Shown here in pieces: positions 55,307-64,000 of a stretch of DNA of 64,000 nt. The stretch is from contig CAWDVL010000001.1 of NCBI GenBank assembly GCA_963805695.1, positions 52,653 to 116,652 of the forward strand. The letters run 5' to 3'. Position 1 is the first letter of the stretch, and each line of letters begins with the position of its first letter. The stretch is from an uncultured Acidobacteriota bacterium. GTDB lineage: Bacteria; Acidobacteriota; Terriglobia; Terriglobales; Acidobacteriaceae. The notes below the pieces were generated by a model, which saw nothing but the letters and a program-made list of their open reading frames with translations, searched no databases and had not been told where the DNA came from. The position numbers and the translations under genes were made by a program.

Positions 55307-55446
55307 GTCAGTCATCAGTTGTCAGTTCTCAGTTTTCAGTGGTCAGGCCATCCGGCCCGCTGCGAGCCAGAGTTTGCTGATAATTAAGAACTGCGAAATG
55401 CGAACTGTGAACTGCGGTTTAGTGACAACTGTGAACCGAGAACTGT
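55307..55446. repeat. Inverted arrays of degenerate heptamers (CAGTNNT / ACTG-type)
   Basis: GTCAGTCATCAGTTGTCAGTTCTCAGTTTTCAGTGG ... GAACTGTGAACTG..GACAACTGTGAACCGAGAACTG. Confidence 0.7.
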
Positions 55447-55449
55447 CCT

Positions 55450-55977
55450 TCAGTATTCGATCCCGCGCTGGGCGAGGATGCCTTTCTGATAGGCGTGCTT
55501 GACTTCGCGCATCTCCGTGACGGTATCGGCCAGTTCGACGAGAAGCGGGTGGGCATTGCGCCCGGTCAGGATCACGTGCACCATCTCCGGGCGGTTTCGC
55601 AGGGTGTCGGCAACGATCGCGGGGTCGAGCATCCCATAGCCGATCGCGTAGTTGATCTCGTCCAGCACCACCATGTCCCACTCGCCGGAGTTGATGGCCT
55701 CGCGGGCCTCCGCCCAGGCCGCTTCCACCATGCGGATATCCTCTGGATCGGTTTCCGCGCCGCCGACTTTCACAAAACCGCGCCCCATCTGTTTCAGAAT
55801 GAAGTTCTGCCCGAAGGCCTGGACAGCGTCGAGTTCGCCATAGTGCCACGAGCCCTTGAGGAACTGGAGCATCAGCACGCGCATGCCGTTGCCCACGGCC
55901 CGCAGCGCAGTCCCCATGGCGGCGGTCGTTTTGCCCTTGCCGGGCCCCGTGTTGATCAGAAGCAGGCCTTTGCGCAT
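55450..55977 (-). CDS. cobO: Cob(I)alamin adenosyltransferase
   Basis: TGPGKGKTTAAMG, QFLKG, VLDE, ILTGR, GIEY. Confidence 0.93.
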   Translation of the reverse strand: MRKGLLLINTGPGKGKTTAAMGTALRAVGNGMRVLMLQFLKGSWHYGELDAVQAFGQNFILKQMGRGFVKVGGAETDPEDIRMVEAAWAEAREAINSGEWDMVVLDEINYAIGYGMLDPAIVADTLRNRPEMVHVILTGRNAHPLLVELADTVTEMREVKHAYQKGILAQRGIEY

Positions 55978-55980
55978 AGC

Positions 55981-56151
55981 AGTGGTGAGTGAACAGTGGT
56001 GAGTGGTCAGACAGGGGCCAATGATAAGCGCCAGGATCTAAAGGGCCCGGGCTTCCAGGTTCCAAAAGGAAAGAAGGAAGAACAAACTCGCAGTCGTGTG
56101 CATCGGCAACTCGCATACAACTGTCCACTGACCACTGTTCACTGACCACTG
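55981..56151. repeat. Inverted heptamer arrays flanking a ~110-bp spacer
   Basis: AGTGGTGAGTGAACAGTGGTGAGTGGTCAG ... CACTGACCACTGTTCACTGACCACTG. Confidence 0.75.
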
Positions 56152-56155
56152 TAAT

Positions 56156-56605
56156 TCAGTGTCCGGTGTGATACGGATGTCCAGCCAGAATTGTACAGGC
56201 GCGGTAGAGCTGTTCCGCCATCACCAGGCGGGCCAGCGCGTGGGCCATGGTGAGAGGCCCCAGAGACAGCAGCAGCTGCGCACGCCGGCGGGTTTCGTCG
56301 CTCCAGCCGCCGGCAGGGCCGATCGCGAACACAATTTGCCGGGCTCCCTGGTCTCGCCGTTCGCCAATCCACGCGGCAAAAGCCTCTGACGTCATCTGGC
56401 GGCCGCGGCTATCCAGCAAAACCGCCGTGGGAGGAATCCTGCCCTGCTTGCGGTTGAGCCACGAAAGCAAATCATCCTCGCTCCGGAACGCCTGTGCTTC
56501 CGATGGCACAAATGCCGAAGCTCGTTTGAGATAGAGCTCACTCAAAGTGTTGAATTCGTCGCCCCCCGGCGTGCGCGCACCAATGTGGACCAGGATGAAT
56601 TGCAC
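56156..56605 (-). CDS. rlmH: 23S rRNA pseudouridine-1915 N3-methyltransferase
   Basis: LLDSRG...SE.FA, FAIGPAGG, LSLG.LT..H.LARL...EQLYRA..I..GHPYH. Confidence 0.93.
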   Translation of the reverse strand: MQFILVHIGARTPGGDEFNTLSELYLKRASAFVPSEAQAFRSEDDLLSWLNRKQGRIPPTAVLLDSRGRQMTSEAFAAWIGERRDQGARQIVFAIGPAGGWSDETRRRAQLLLSLGPLTMAHALARLVMAEQLYRACTILAGHPYHTGH

Positions 56606-56784
56606 CTCAGCAGAATACTGCCCGGGCGCGATTCTTCCGCAATGGGAACTACAATCGCCAGATTTTTGGATATTCGACCATGGTTATCCAATTTTTCATA
56701 TATGCCCTAACACGTTCAGGATTGCGTGCCGATCTAAAGTGTTAATTTTGTGAAACTTCCGGCCGACTGTTGGCCCCGGTCGAT

Positions 56785-56799
56785 TGGCAATCGCCATGC
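56785..56799 (+). promoter_or_regulatory. Candidate sigma54 (-24/-12) promoter
   Basis: TGGCAATCGCCATGC (GG-N10-GC), about 230 bp before the TBDR ATG. Confidence 0.55.
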
Positions 56800-56905
56800 T
56801 CCATCTACGACGAGTCTTACTCAAGTCCTTCTTCCTTTTTCCGGGCAGTTTCGCCATTTGAAATCTTTCCCGTGGACGATTCAGGCCTTTTCCTGGTTCG
56901 TCATG

Positions 56906-57026
56906 GTTCTTGCATCATGCATGCGAATTGGGCCTATCCCCAGGCCTCAGCGTGGATTGACAGACAACTGACGGACCGAGTCCCGTTCTGATTCGCGAGT
57001 GACTCGTTCCCACTTTCGGAGGAGTC
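56906..57026 (+). promoter_or_regulatory. Conserved structured TBDR leader motif, copy 1
   Basis: 53-nt core 48/53 identical to 60732-60784, followed by a hairpin and GGAGGAG RBS. Confidence 0.7.
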
Positions 57027-60000
57027 ATGCGAAAGTTCAGGTTACAGAGCGCAGCCCTGATGGTGTTCGCGACGGGAGCTCTCGCGTTTGCACCGGTCGT
57101 TCTACAAACCTCCGCCTACTGCCAGGAGACTACCGGAGGATTGCAGGGAACCATCAAAGATCCTTCAGGCGCCGTGGTTCCCAAAGCCAAGTTGGTCTTG
57201 ACCAGCACGTCGCTGATGGGCAGCAAGGAACTGGTGACCGATTCAAGCGGTTATTACCGGTTCGCCAACCTGCCGCCCGGCACGTATTCACTCCAGGTGG
57301 TGGCGCAGGGGTTCAAGACTGAAAAGCGGGACGGCATCAACGTGGGAGTGGGCCGCCTGCCAAACCTGGATGTTTCTCTCCAGATCGGGGCGGAATCGGC
57401 GACGGTGGAGGTGAGCACGGATGCTCCGGTCATTGACACGACCACCACCGAGAATCTGACCAACCTGAGCAGTGAGGCTCTCAAAGAAATCCCCACTGGG
57501 ATCAGCTTCCAATCGGTGATTCAGTACGCACCGATGGCGCGCAACGAGCCTCTTGCCGGTTACTCCATCAACGGACAAGGGTCAGGAGGCATGGGCGGCT
57601 CCATGCCGGGGAGCAGCGGCAACGGCCAGGGATTTGGTTACTCCATTGGCGGTGCTGCCGATTCCGAGAGCAGCTACCTCGTAGAAGGCCAGGACACCGA
57701 AAACATCTCCGGCGGCTATTCCAAGGCCAACGTGCCCATGGATTTCATCCAGGAAGTCCAGATGAAAACGTCCGGTGTGTCCGCCGAATACGGCGGTGCG
57801 CTGGGCGGCGTGGTCAACGTGATCATGAAGAAAGGCAGCAACGAATACCACGGCGAGATCTTTTCCACCTACGAATCTGACGGACTGGACGGAAATCCGA
57901 TCAACGCTTTCCTGCGCTACGATCCCACCGACCCGGGCGATGCTTCCATCGGTCAGGACCCTGGCGTACAGCTCTACCAGGCAAAAAGGGACCATTTCCG
58001 CACCGCTGAGCCCGGAGTCGTGGTGGGCGGCCCGATCAAGAAAGACCGCCTCTGGTTCTTCGCGGGTTTCGAGCCTTTGGTCAATACGCGTGCGAGAAGC
58101 GTGAACTTTGGCGGCGCCGCCGGCAACCAGTACTTTACACAAGATCGCCAGACGTATTTCGGCAGTGCGCGCATTGACGCGGAATTGACGAGCAAGATTC
58201 GCGTCTTCGGTTCATGGCTGTATCAATATGCACGAGAAACCGGAGACTCGTTGCCGATCGGAGATCCGATCTCTCCAGAGGCGGGCTATCTGAATACTTC
58301 GATCAACAGCCCGTTGACGAGTTTTTCTCACGGCCTGGGCTGGTCGGCACCCAATGCGACTTACAACGTGGGGGCGGATATCACCCTGAATCAGCACCTC
58401 GTAGCAACCACCCGCTACGGGTACTTCTTCGAGAACTATCACGATTTTGGCTGGCCGACCTCGCAACCGGATCTCAACTGGGCTACGACTGGCCAGGGTG
58501 CTTGCCAATTTGTGCCCGGGTTTACCTCCGCTCAACAGCCCACCAACTGCGGCGACTCCACAAAGGCGAACTACACTCCGCAATATGCGCTGCCGGCAAA
58601 TCTTCAGCAGGCCGCTGGAACCACCACTACCCCCTACAACCAGAGCTACACCCTGTTTAATGCCGACAAGCATTACCAGTTCAATCAGGATGTAGCGTTC
58701 TTCAAGGGCGGCTGGGGAGGTACCCACAATTTCAAGTTTGGATACCAGCTCAATCACTTGATCAATGTGATCGATCAAAACGGCAACGTGCCCTACGCAA
58801 ACCTGTTCCTGGGTGACCATTCGAATCATGGGGTACTTACCACCACCGGTTCGAACAACTGCACGTCTCTCAAGGGCGCTTACCACAAGTGTTCCGGCGA
58901 ATATGGCTACCTCACGGTAGTCGATTTTGCAACCATTCTGACCGCGCCGGCCAGCGACTGGAACCATGCCCTCTATGCCCAGGATTCCTGGCAGGTTGGT
59001 AAAGGCCTGACCCTGGACGTTGGAATTCGCATTGAAAAAGAAAGCCTCCCCGCTCCAGGCGGCGTGAAGGTCAGCTCCATCAACTTCCCCTGGAGCGACA
59101 AGATTGAGCCGCGACTGGGAGCTGCATGGGATCCGACCCGCAAGGGCAACATGAAGATCTTCGGTAGTTATGGCGTGGTCAACGACGTGATGAAGCTGCT
59201 CCTGGCCCAGACGTCGTGGGGCGCGCAGGCTTACGAAGAATGCACCTATCCCCTCGGTCCGGACGGCACCGCCGCCGGGTTCAGCATTTCCGATATCAAT
59301 TTGGCCTTCAAGGGCGGCCGCGCCTGCCCCAATGGGACGGCCAGCACCGGAGCCAACTTCGCCAACGGCCAGACCCCCCCATCGCTCACCGATCAGGCCT
59401 CCGGAGTTTCGTTGATCGAAAACGTCAACCTTCGCCCCTGGGAGCCGGTCGCGCCCAACGTCAAGCCCTATCGCCAGCACGAATTCGTGGCCGGCTGGGA
59501 CTACCAGATCAAGCCGGGCTGGGACTTTGAAGCCCGTTACGATCGCCGTCGTCTCGACCATGTCATTGAAGATGCGTCCCTTTCCGACGTGAACTGGGGA
59601 GAGATTTATGCGGTCGTCAATCCCGGCGAGGGAGTGAATTCGACCATCGACGGCTATGCTAACTACCTCCAGTCTCTCGGCCAAGCATTCGGCTTCCCGG
59701 GAATGGCCTTCGACGCCGGCGCCTTTGGCCCCTGCACCGGATGCCCCGCCAACCCCAAGGCGATTCGTAACTACGACGGCCTTGAGCTCCGCCTGACCAC
59801 GGCTCCAAGGCACGGTTTCTCGGGGATGTTCAGCTATACCTATAGCAGTCTGTGGGGGAACTATGCGGGATTGACCACCACCGACCAGACCGACGGCGGC
59901 ATCACCGGGCGCAACTCGCCCGATACTACCCGCTCCTTCGACGAGCCGTTCTACTACTTCGGCGCCAACGGCAAGTCCACGAACGGTCCCCTTCCGACTG

Positions 60001-60602
60001 ATCGCCCGAGTGTGTTGAAGGGCTATGCCTATTACACTTTGCCCTCCTGGAAGCATATGCACACCAGCATCGGCCTTTTCCAGGTGGCGTACCAGGGCAG
60101 CCCGATGAGCTCGTACACCGACTTGACCGCAACCAATGGCACAGAGCCCTACGAAGCAACCTACATCTTCGGGCGCGGCAAATGGGTTGACATGACTACC
60201 GACTCGACGGGCGCCATCACTCTCAGCAATCCGTACACTCGCCGTACACCGTGGTTTACCCAGTCCGATCTGAATGCGAAGCATGAAATCAAAGTCGGTG
60301 ATCACCAGACCATCGCCTTCGAGGCAACCGCGCTCAATGTGCTTAACCAGCGCGCCGTTACGGCCTTCTGGGGCGGCATGGATTCGTTGAATTTCGGGAC
60401 ACCGCTGTCTCCCGGCCCCGCCAATCTTGCCTCTGGCGCTGCTCTGTATCAGGAGCTCGAATCCCCCTACAACGTAGCGCAGTTCATCAACGGAGACGCC
60501 GCTTCCGGCGCCTCGCCGGTGATCAAGAACTCGCAATATGGCTCGCCGTACCTCTACCAGAACGCGCGTAACATCCGTCTGGCGGTGCGCTTCACTTTTT
60601 GA
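57027..60602 (+). CDS. Oar-like TonB-dependent receptor (intact)
   Basis: Signal peptide; GYYRFANLPPGTY, AEYGGALGGVVNV, GGPIKKDRLWFF, YAQDSW, PRLG.AWD, C-terminal RLAVRFTF*. Confidence 0.93.
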   Translation: MRKFRLQSAALMVFATGALAFAPVVLQTSAYCQETTGGLQGTIKDPSGAVVPKAKLVLTSTSLMGSKELVTDSSGYYRFANLPPGTYSLQVVAQGFKTEKRDGINVGVGRLPNLDVSLQIGAESATVEVSTDAPVIDTTTTENLTNLSSEALKEIPTGISFQSVIQYAPMARNEPLAGYSINGQGSGGMGGSMPGSSGNGQGFGYSIGGAADSESSYLVEGQDTENISGGYSKANVPMDFIQEVQMKTSGVSAEYGGALGGVVNVIMKKGSNEYHGEIFSTYESDGLDGNPINAFLRYDPTDPGDASIGQDPGVQLYQAKRDHFRTAEPGVVVGGPIKKDRLWFFAGFEPLVNTRARSVNFGGAAGNQYFTQDRQTYFGSARIDAELTSKIRVFGSWLYQYARETGDSLPIGDPISPEAGYLNTSINSPLTSFSHGLGWSAPNATYNVGADITLNQHLVATTRYGYFFENYHDFGWPTSQPDLNWATTGQGACQFVPGFTSAQQPTNCGDSTKANYTPQYALPANLQQAAGTTTTPYNQSYTLFNADKHYQFNQDVAFFKGGWGGTHNFKFGYQLNHLINVIDQNGNVPYANLFLGDHSNHGVLTTTGSNNCTSLKGAYHKCSGEYGYLTVVDFATILTAPASDWNHALYAQDSWQVGKGLTLDVGIRIEKESLPAPGGVKVSSINFPWSDKIEPRLGAAWDPTRKGNMKIFGSYGVVNDVMKLLLAQTSWGAQAYEECTYPLGPDGTAAGFSISDINLAFKGGRACPNGTASTGANFANGQTPPSLTDQASGVSLIENVNLRPWEPVAPNVKPYRQHEFVAGWDYQIKPGWDFEARYDRRRLDHVIEDASLSDVNWGEIYAVVNPGEGVNSTIDGYANYLQSLGQAFGFPGMAFDAGAFGPCTGCPANPKAIRNYDGLELRLTTAPRHGFSGMFSYTYSSLWGNYAGLTTTDQTDGGITGRNSPDTTRSFDEPFYYFGANGKSTNGPLPTDRPSVLKGYAYYTLPSWKHMHTSIGLFQVAYQGSPMSSYTDLTATNGTEPYEATYIFGRGKWVDMTTDSTGAITLSNPYTRRTPWFTQSDLNAKHEIKVGDHQTIAFEATALNVLNQRAVTAFWGGMDSLNFGTPLSPGPANLASGAALYQELESPYNVAQFINGDAASGASPVIKNSQYGSPYLYQNARNIRLAVRFTF

Positions 60603-60731
60603 CCCAACTCAGCTGTTCAATGCTCTCGTACCGAACGGCTAAACCTGTTGTTTTTCAAAGTACCTGCTGGGTTGGGCAGCCTTCGAGACAGTCCCTGTAC
60701 TTAGGGGCAGTTACTGGATCGGTAGTCAATC

Positions 60732-60860
60732 GTTCTTGCATGATGTTTGCGAATTGGGTCTATCCCCAGGCCTCAGCGTTGATTTGGAACACAACAATCG
60801 GATGGAACGAAACCCTTTCGAAAAATGCGGTTTCGTTTCCTGCATTTCTGGAGGAGTTCG
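60732..60860 (+). promoter_or_regulatory. Conserved structured TBDR leader motif, copy 2
   Basis: Matches 56906-56958; followed by a hairpin and GGAGGAG RBS. Confidence 0.7.
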
Positions 60861-63800
60861 ATGCGTAGCATTCGACGTTCCAGCGCCTTGATTTCTCTCG
60901 GCGCTGTCTTGATGTTCACCATGGGTCCCAGCGTTGTACAGCAGCGTGCTTATGGCCAGGCGACGACGGCGGCGGGCGCGATTCAAGGAACCATCAGCGA
61001 CCCCAAGGGCGGCAGCCTGCCCGGGGCCACGGTCACAATCACCAGTGCCGCCACAGGGGCTCAGAAGGTCCTGGTGACGGACTCGGCAGGCTTTTACAGC
61101 CTGGCCTCTCTCGTTCCAGGCCAGTATCAGGTTTCGGTGGCAGCGTCGGGGTTTTCGAAGATGACCACGACCCTGACCGTGCAGATTGGAAATACCACCA
61201 ATGGCAACTTGAAGCTGGCCATCGGCAGCACGATCGAAGAGGTCGTGGTAAGTTCCGAATCGCTTGAGGTCAACACCACGCAGTCGACTGTGCAAGGCGT
61301 GCTCACCGAGCAGCAGATTGATAATCTGCCCATCAGCGGCCGCAATTTCCTTGACCTGTCCCAGTTGGAGCCGGGCGTTCAGCTCCAGGATGGCGCGGGC
61401 TTCGACCCCACCAAGGGCGGCTACTCGTCGGTATCTTTCAACGGCGTCAATGGCCGTACCGCTCGCATTCTCCTCGACGGTCAGGATATTTCGGATGAAA
61501 CCGTGGGCACCACGACGCTCAATGTGAGCTCCGGATCCATCGAAGAGTTCCAGATGAGCCGCTCGTCCCTCGACATCTCCAACGAGCTGACCAGCTCGGG
61601 TGCGGTTACGGTGAGCACGCGCGCCGGCAGCAATGCCTATCATGGACAGGCTTTTGGCCTCCTTCGCGACCAGCGCGCCGGCGACGCCGACCAGATTGGC
61701 GGCACCGACTTCTACTTCCAGCGCGAGCAGTTCGGCATGCGCATGGGCGGGCCCTTCATCAAGGACAAGCTCTTCTTCTTCGGCGATTCGGAACGCGCCA
61801 AGCAGGATGCTTTCGTTCCCTACCAGGTGCCCGCGCCATTCTCAAAGTACTCAGGCGGGTTCGGCTCTCCCTACCGCGATACCTATTCCGTGGGAAGGCT
61901 CGACTATAACGCTCCCTGGGGCGTTCACATGTTCGTCCGCGGCGCCTACGAAAACAACCTGAGCGAGGGAACCTTCGGCGACGGCTTTGCCCGCTACGGC
62001 AACAAGGACAACACTCCCATCTGGGCCGGCGGCGCCGACTTCATCACCGGCAAATTCACCCACAGCCTGCGCGCCAGCTACCTGAAATTCCACAACCTCA
62101 TCGTCGACGAATCCGGCGGACTGCCCCAGCCCGTGAAGGGTGTCTATCTTTCCATCCATGGATTCCGGTCCGGCCCCAACCCCAACGCTCCCCAGCAAAC
62201 CTTCCAGTCGGACAAGCAATTCCGTTATGACGGCGGCGTCACGTTCAGATCGCATGTGTTCGGCTTCGGAGCCAGCGTGAACCGCATTCTCGGTGGCGGA
62301 CTCGCGGCCTTCTTCAACTATGGTCCGGAAGTGTCGGGATCGGGTGCCTTCTCGCAGGGCGTCCAAGATTGCGCCACCGTCCCCATCACCACCCCCCCAA
62401 CCCCATGCGTCGTTGGCGGCAGCCACGATCCAACCGACCCGACCGCATACAAGGCTTCCGTCGTCGTCTTAGGCAACGGCCAGGGGTTCAGCACCGAGCG
62501 GCCACAATTCGGCTTGCCCGCCGGCGGACAAGAGGATTGGCGCGCAGGCATTTATTTTGGCGACACCTGGAAGGTCCGTCCCACTCTCACCGTCAACTAC
62601 GGCATTCGCTACTCCCGCGACACTGGCCGCAGCGACTCCGACCTTCCCCCCGTTCCCTGCACCGATGCGGTTGCCACGTTCGGCGATGCCTCTCCATGCA
62701 CTACAGGCAATCTCATGGATGCCCTCACTCCCGGTCTTGGCAAGCCAGTTCGCCAGCCCGACAACAATTGGGGACCCAAGGGCGGCTTTGCCTGGGATCT
62801 GAAAGGCAACGGCAAGACCGTCATCCGCGGCGGACTCGGCATTTACTTTGAGAACAGCGTCTTCAACAACGTGCTGTTCGATCGTGAAACCCGCCTGGCC
62901 AAAGGATTGTTCTTTGGCGATATCCAGCTCACCCCTTCCAACAACTCTGCCCCCATGCCTGACGGGTCGAGCATCAGTTCGATTGCCTGTCCGGATGGCA
63001 GCACCCATTCCCTCTCCGATCTGTGGAATGACGCCATGAGCATTTCGGCTCCTTGTTTTGCTGCTTTGCAAACTCAGTACCAGTCCATCACCAAGCAGGC
63101 CGGCGCCAGTGCCAACGGAGTCTATCTCGCCAACACTCTGACCGAATCCGCGAACACCACCGGCACGTACGTGTACGCACCGAACTACCGCACTGCCCGT
63201 TCTCTGCAGATGAACATTGGCGTTCAACGGGAAATGTGGAAGGGCGGTATCCTGAGCGTCGATTACCTCCGCAATGTCGGGACGCATTTCATGCAGTCAA
63301 TCGATGAGAACCATGTGGGAGATGCGCGATTCGTCAACATGGCGGCCGCCAACAATGCGATTGCCGCCACCTTGCAGGAATTCGGCGTCACGTCCATCGA
63401 CGATGCCATCGCGGCTGGAGCTACCATTGCCGACTTTGCCGGCAATGGACTGGATTCCGGCAACGATTATTTGGTCGGATTTCCGGCCGGGGCCTTTGGC
63501 CTTACCCCCGACACGGGCGCAGCCTTCCCAGGCAAGAACCCGGGCTTCGGCCAAATGGCAGTGGTCTACCCCATGGGCAGGTCAGTCTATAACGGTCTCC
63601 AGATGAGCCTGCGCCAGCAAACGCGCATTCCGTTTGAGGCCATCAAGGGCTCCAACTTCGAGATTTCCTACACATTCTCGCGGTTCCTTTCGAGCGCCGG
63701 CGGTTCGCAAGCGGCATCCGCCGATCAGAACTTTACTCCCGGTTCATGGGATAACAACCACCCACTGAAATATATGGGCCCCGGCGGTCTGGATCGCAGA

Positions 63801-64000
63801 CAGCAGCTGTCCTTCGGAGGCAATATCACCTGGGCTCACGACATCGAGACCAATTTCATCGGCCATTTGTACACCCCGTTGTCCACTACGCTTTATCTCG
63901 ACAGCGGCGGTAACACCACCGGCGAAATCTTCCAGTCCGATGTCACGGGCGACGGAACCGAACAGGATCCCGTCCCCGGACTTAACCCGGGCGCCTTCAT
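60861..64000 (+). CDS. Oar-like TonB-dependent receptor (runs off window; absent from the ORF track)
   Basis: Manual translation: MRSIRRSSALISLGAVL...GAIQGTISDPKG..PGATVTI...LPISGRNFLDLSQLEPGVQ...GGPFIKDKLFFF. Confidence 0.92.
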   Translation, partial: MRSIRRSSALISLGAVLMFTMGPSVVQQRAYGQATTAAGAIQGTISDPKGGSLPGATVTITSAATGAQKVLVTDSAGFYSLASLVPGQYQVSVAASGFSKMTTTLTVQIGNTTNGNLKLAIGSTIEEVVVSSESLEVNTTQSTVQGVLTEQQIDNLPISGRNFLDLSQLEPGVQLQDGAGFDPTKGGYSSVSFNGVNGRTARILLDGQDISDETVGTTTLNVSSGSIEEFQMSRSSLDISNELTSSGAVTVSTRAGSNAYHGQAFGLLRDQRAGDADQIGGTDFYFQREQFGMRMGGPFIKDKLFFFGDSERAKQDAFVPYQVPAPFSKYSGGFGSPYRDTYSVGRLDYNAPWGVHMFVRGAYENNLSEGTFGDGFARYGNKDNTPIWAGGADFITGKFTHSLRASYLKFHNLIVDESGGLPQPVKGVYLSIHGFRSGPNPNAPQQTFQSDKQFRYDGGVTFRSHVFGFGASVNRILGGGLAAFFNYGPEVSGSGAFSQGVQDCATVPITTPPTPCVVGGSHDPTDPTAYKASVVVLGNGQGFSTERPQFGLPAGGQEDWRAGIYFGDTWKVRPTLTVNYGIRYSRDTGRSDSDLPPVPCTDAVATFGDASPCTTGNLMDALTPGLGKPVRQPDNNWGPKGGFAWDLKGNGKTVIRGGLGIYFENSVFNNVLFDRETRLAKGLFFGDIQLTPSNNSAPMPDGSSISSIACPDGSTHSLSDLWNDAMSISAPCFAALQTQYQSITKQAGASANGVYLANTLTESANTTGTYVYAPNYRTARSLQMNIGVQREMWKGGILSVDYLRNVGTHFMQSIDENHVGDARFVNMAAANNAIAATLQEFGVTSIDDAIAAGATIADFAGNGLDSGNDYLVGFPAGAFGLTPDTGAAFPGKNPGFGQMAVVYPMGRSVYNGLQMSLRQQTRIPFEAIKGSNFEISYTFSRFLSSAGGSQAASADQNFTPGSWDNNHPLKYMGPGGLDRRQQLSFGGNITWAHDIETNFIGHLYTPLSTTLYLDSGGNTTGEIFQSDVTGDGTEQDPVPGLNPGAF

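Noticed and set aside
56012-56120. Cobalamin riboswitch upstream of cobO
   Set aside because: No B12-box or other conserved core was recognisable in the spacer.
56917-56991. Leader peptide ..ANWxYPQASA.. shared by both TBDR leaders
   Set aside because: Differences between the copies are non-synonymous, the ORF lengths differ and there is no RBS; conservation is at the nucleotide level.
58212-60536. 774-aa minus-strand ORF and other long shadow ORFs (13797-15389, 24888-26162, 33898-35142, 44699-46354)
   Set aside because: Antisense to well-supported genes; expected from high-GC codon bias; no recognisable motifs.

Overview
GC-rich bacterial chromosome segment. Gene content (ADOP-type duplicated ABC permease, Oar-like TonB-dependent receptors, DUF885) suggests Acidobacteriota; this is an inference. 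The core genes are ruvA (partial), hisS-aspS, rpsU, purD, miaA, lpdA, panBC, recA, hemG, dut, mfd, malQ, accD, cobO and rlmH, plus a parDE toxin-antitoxin pair, a GH2 glycosidase and four large TonB-dependent receptor (TBDR) genes. Many genes, including housekeeping ones, are split by single-base frameshifts, most likely uncorrected long-read indels. Highlights: (1) a complete IS110/IS1111-type element (~30022-31457) whose downstream non-coding region contains segments matching both insertion-site flanks and an element end, laid out like a bridge/seek RNA; (2) a structured leader motif (53-nt core plus a covarying hairpin next to the RBS) repeated before two tandem TBDR genes; (3) REP-like palindromes, two of them translated in frame inside an FAD/Fe-S oxidoreductase; (4) sigma54-type promoters before three TBDR genes; (5) a 5'-truncated PadR gene hidden under the tail of a patatin-like gene. 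All calls come from reading the sequence by eye; no database searches were run.
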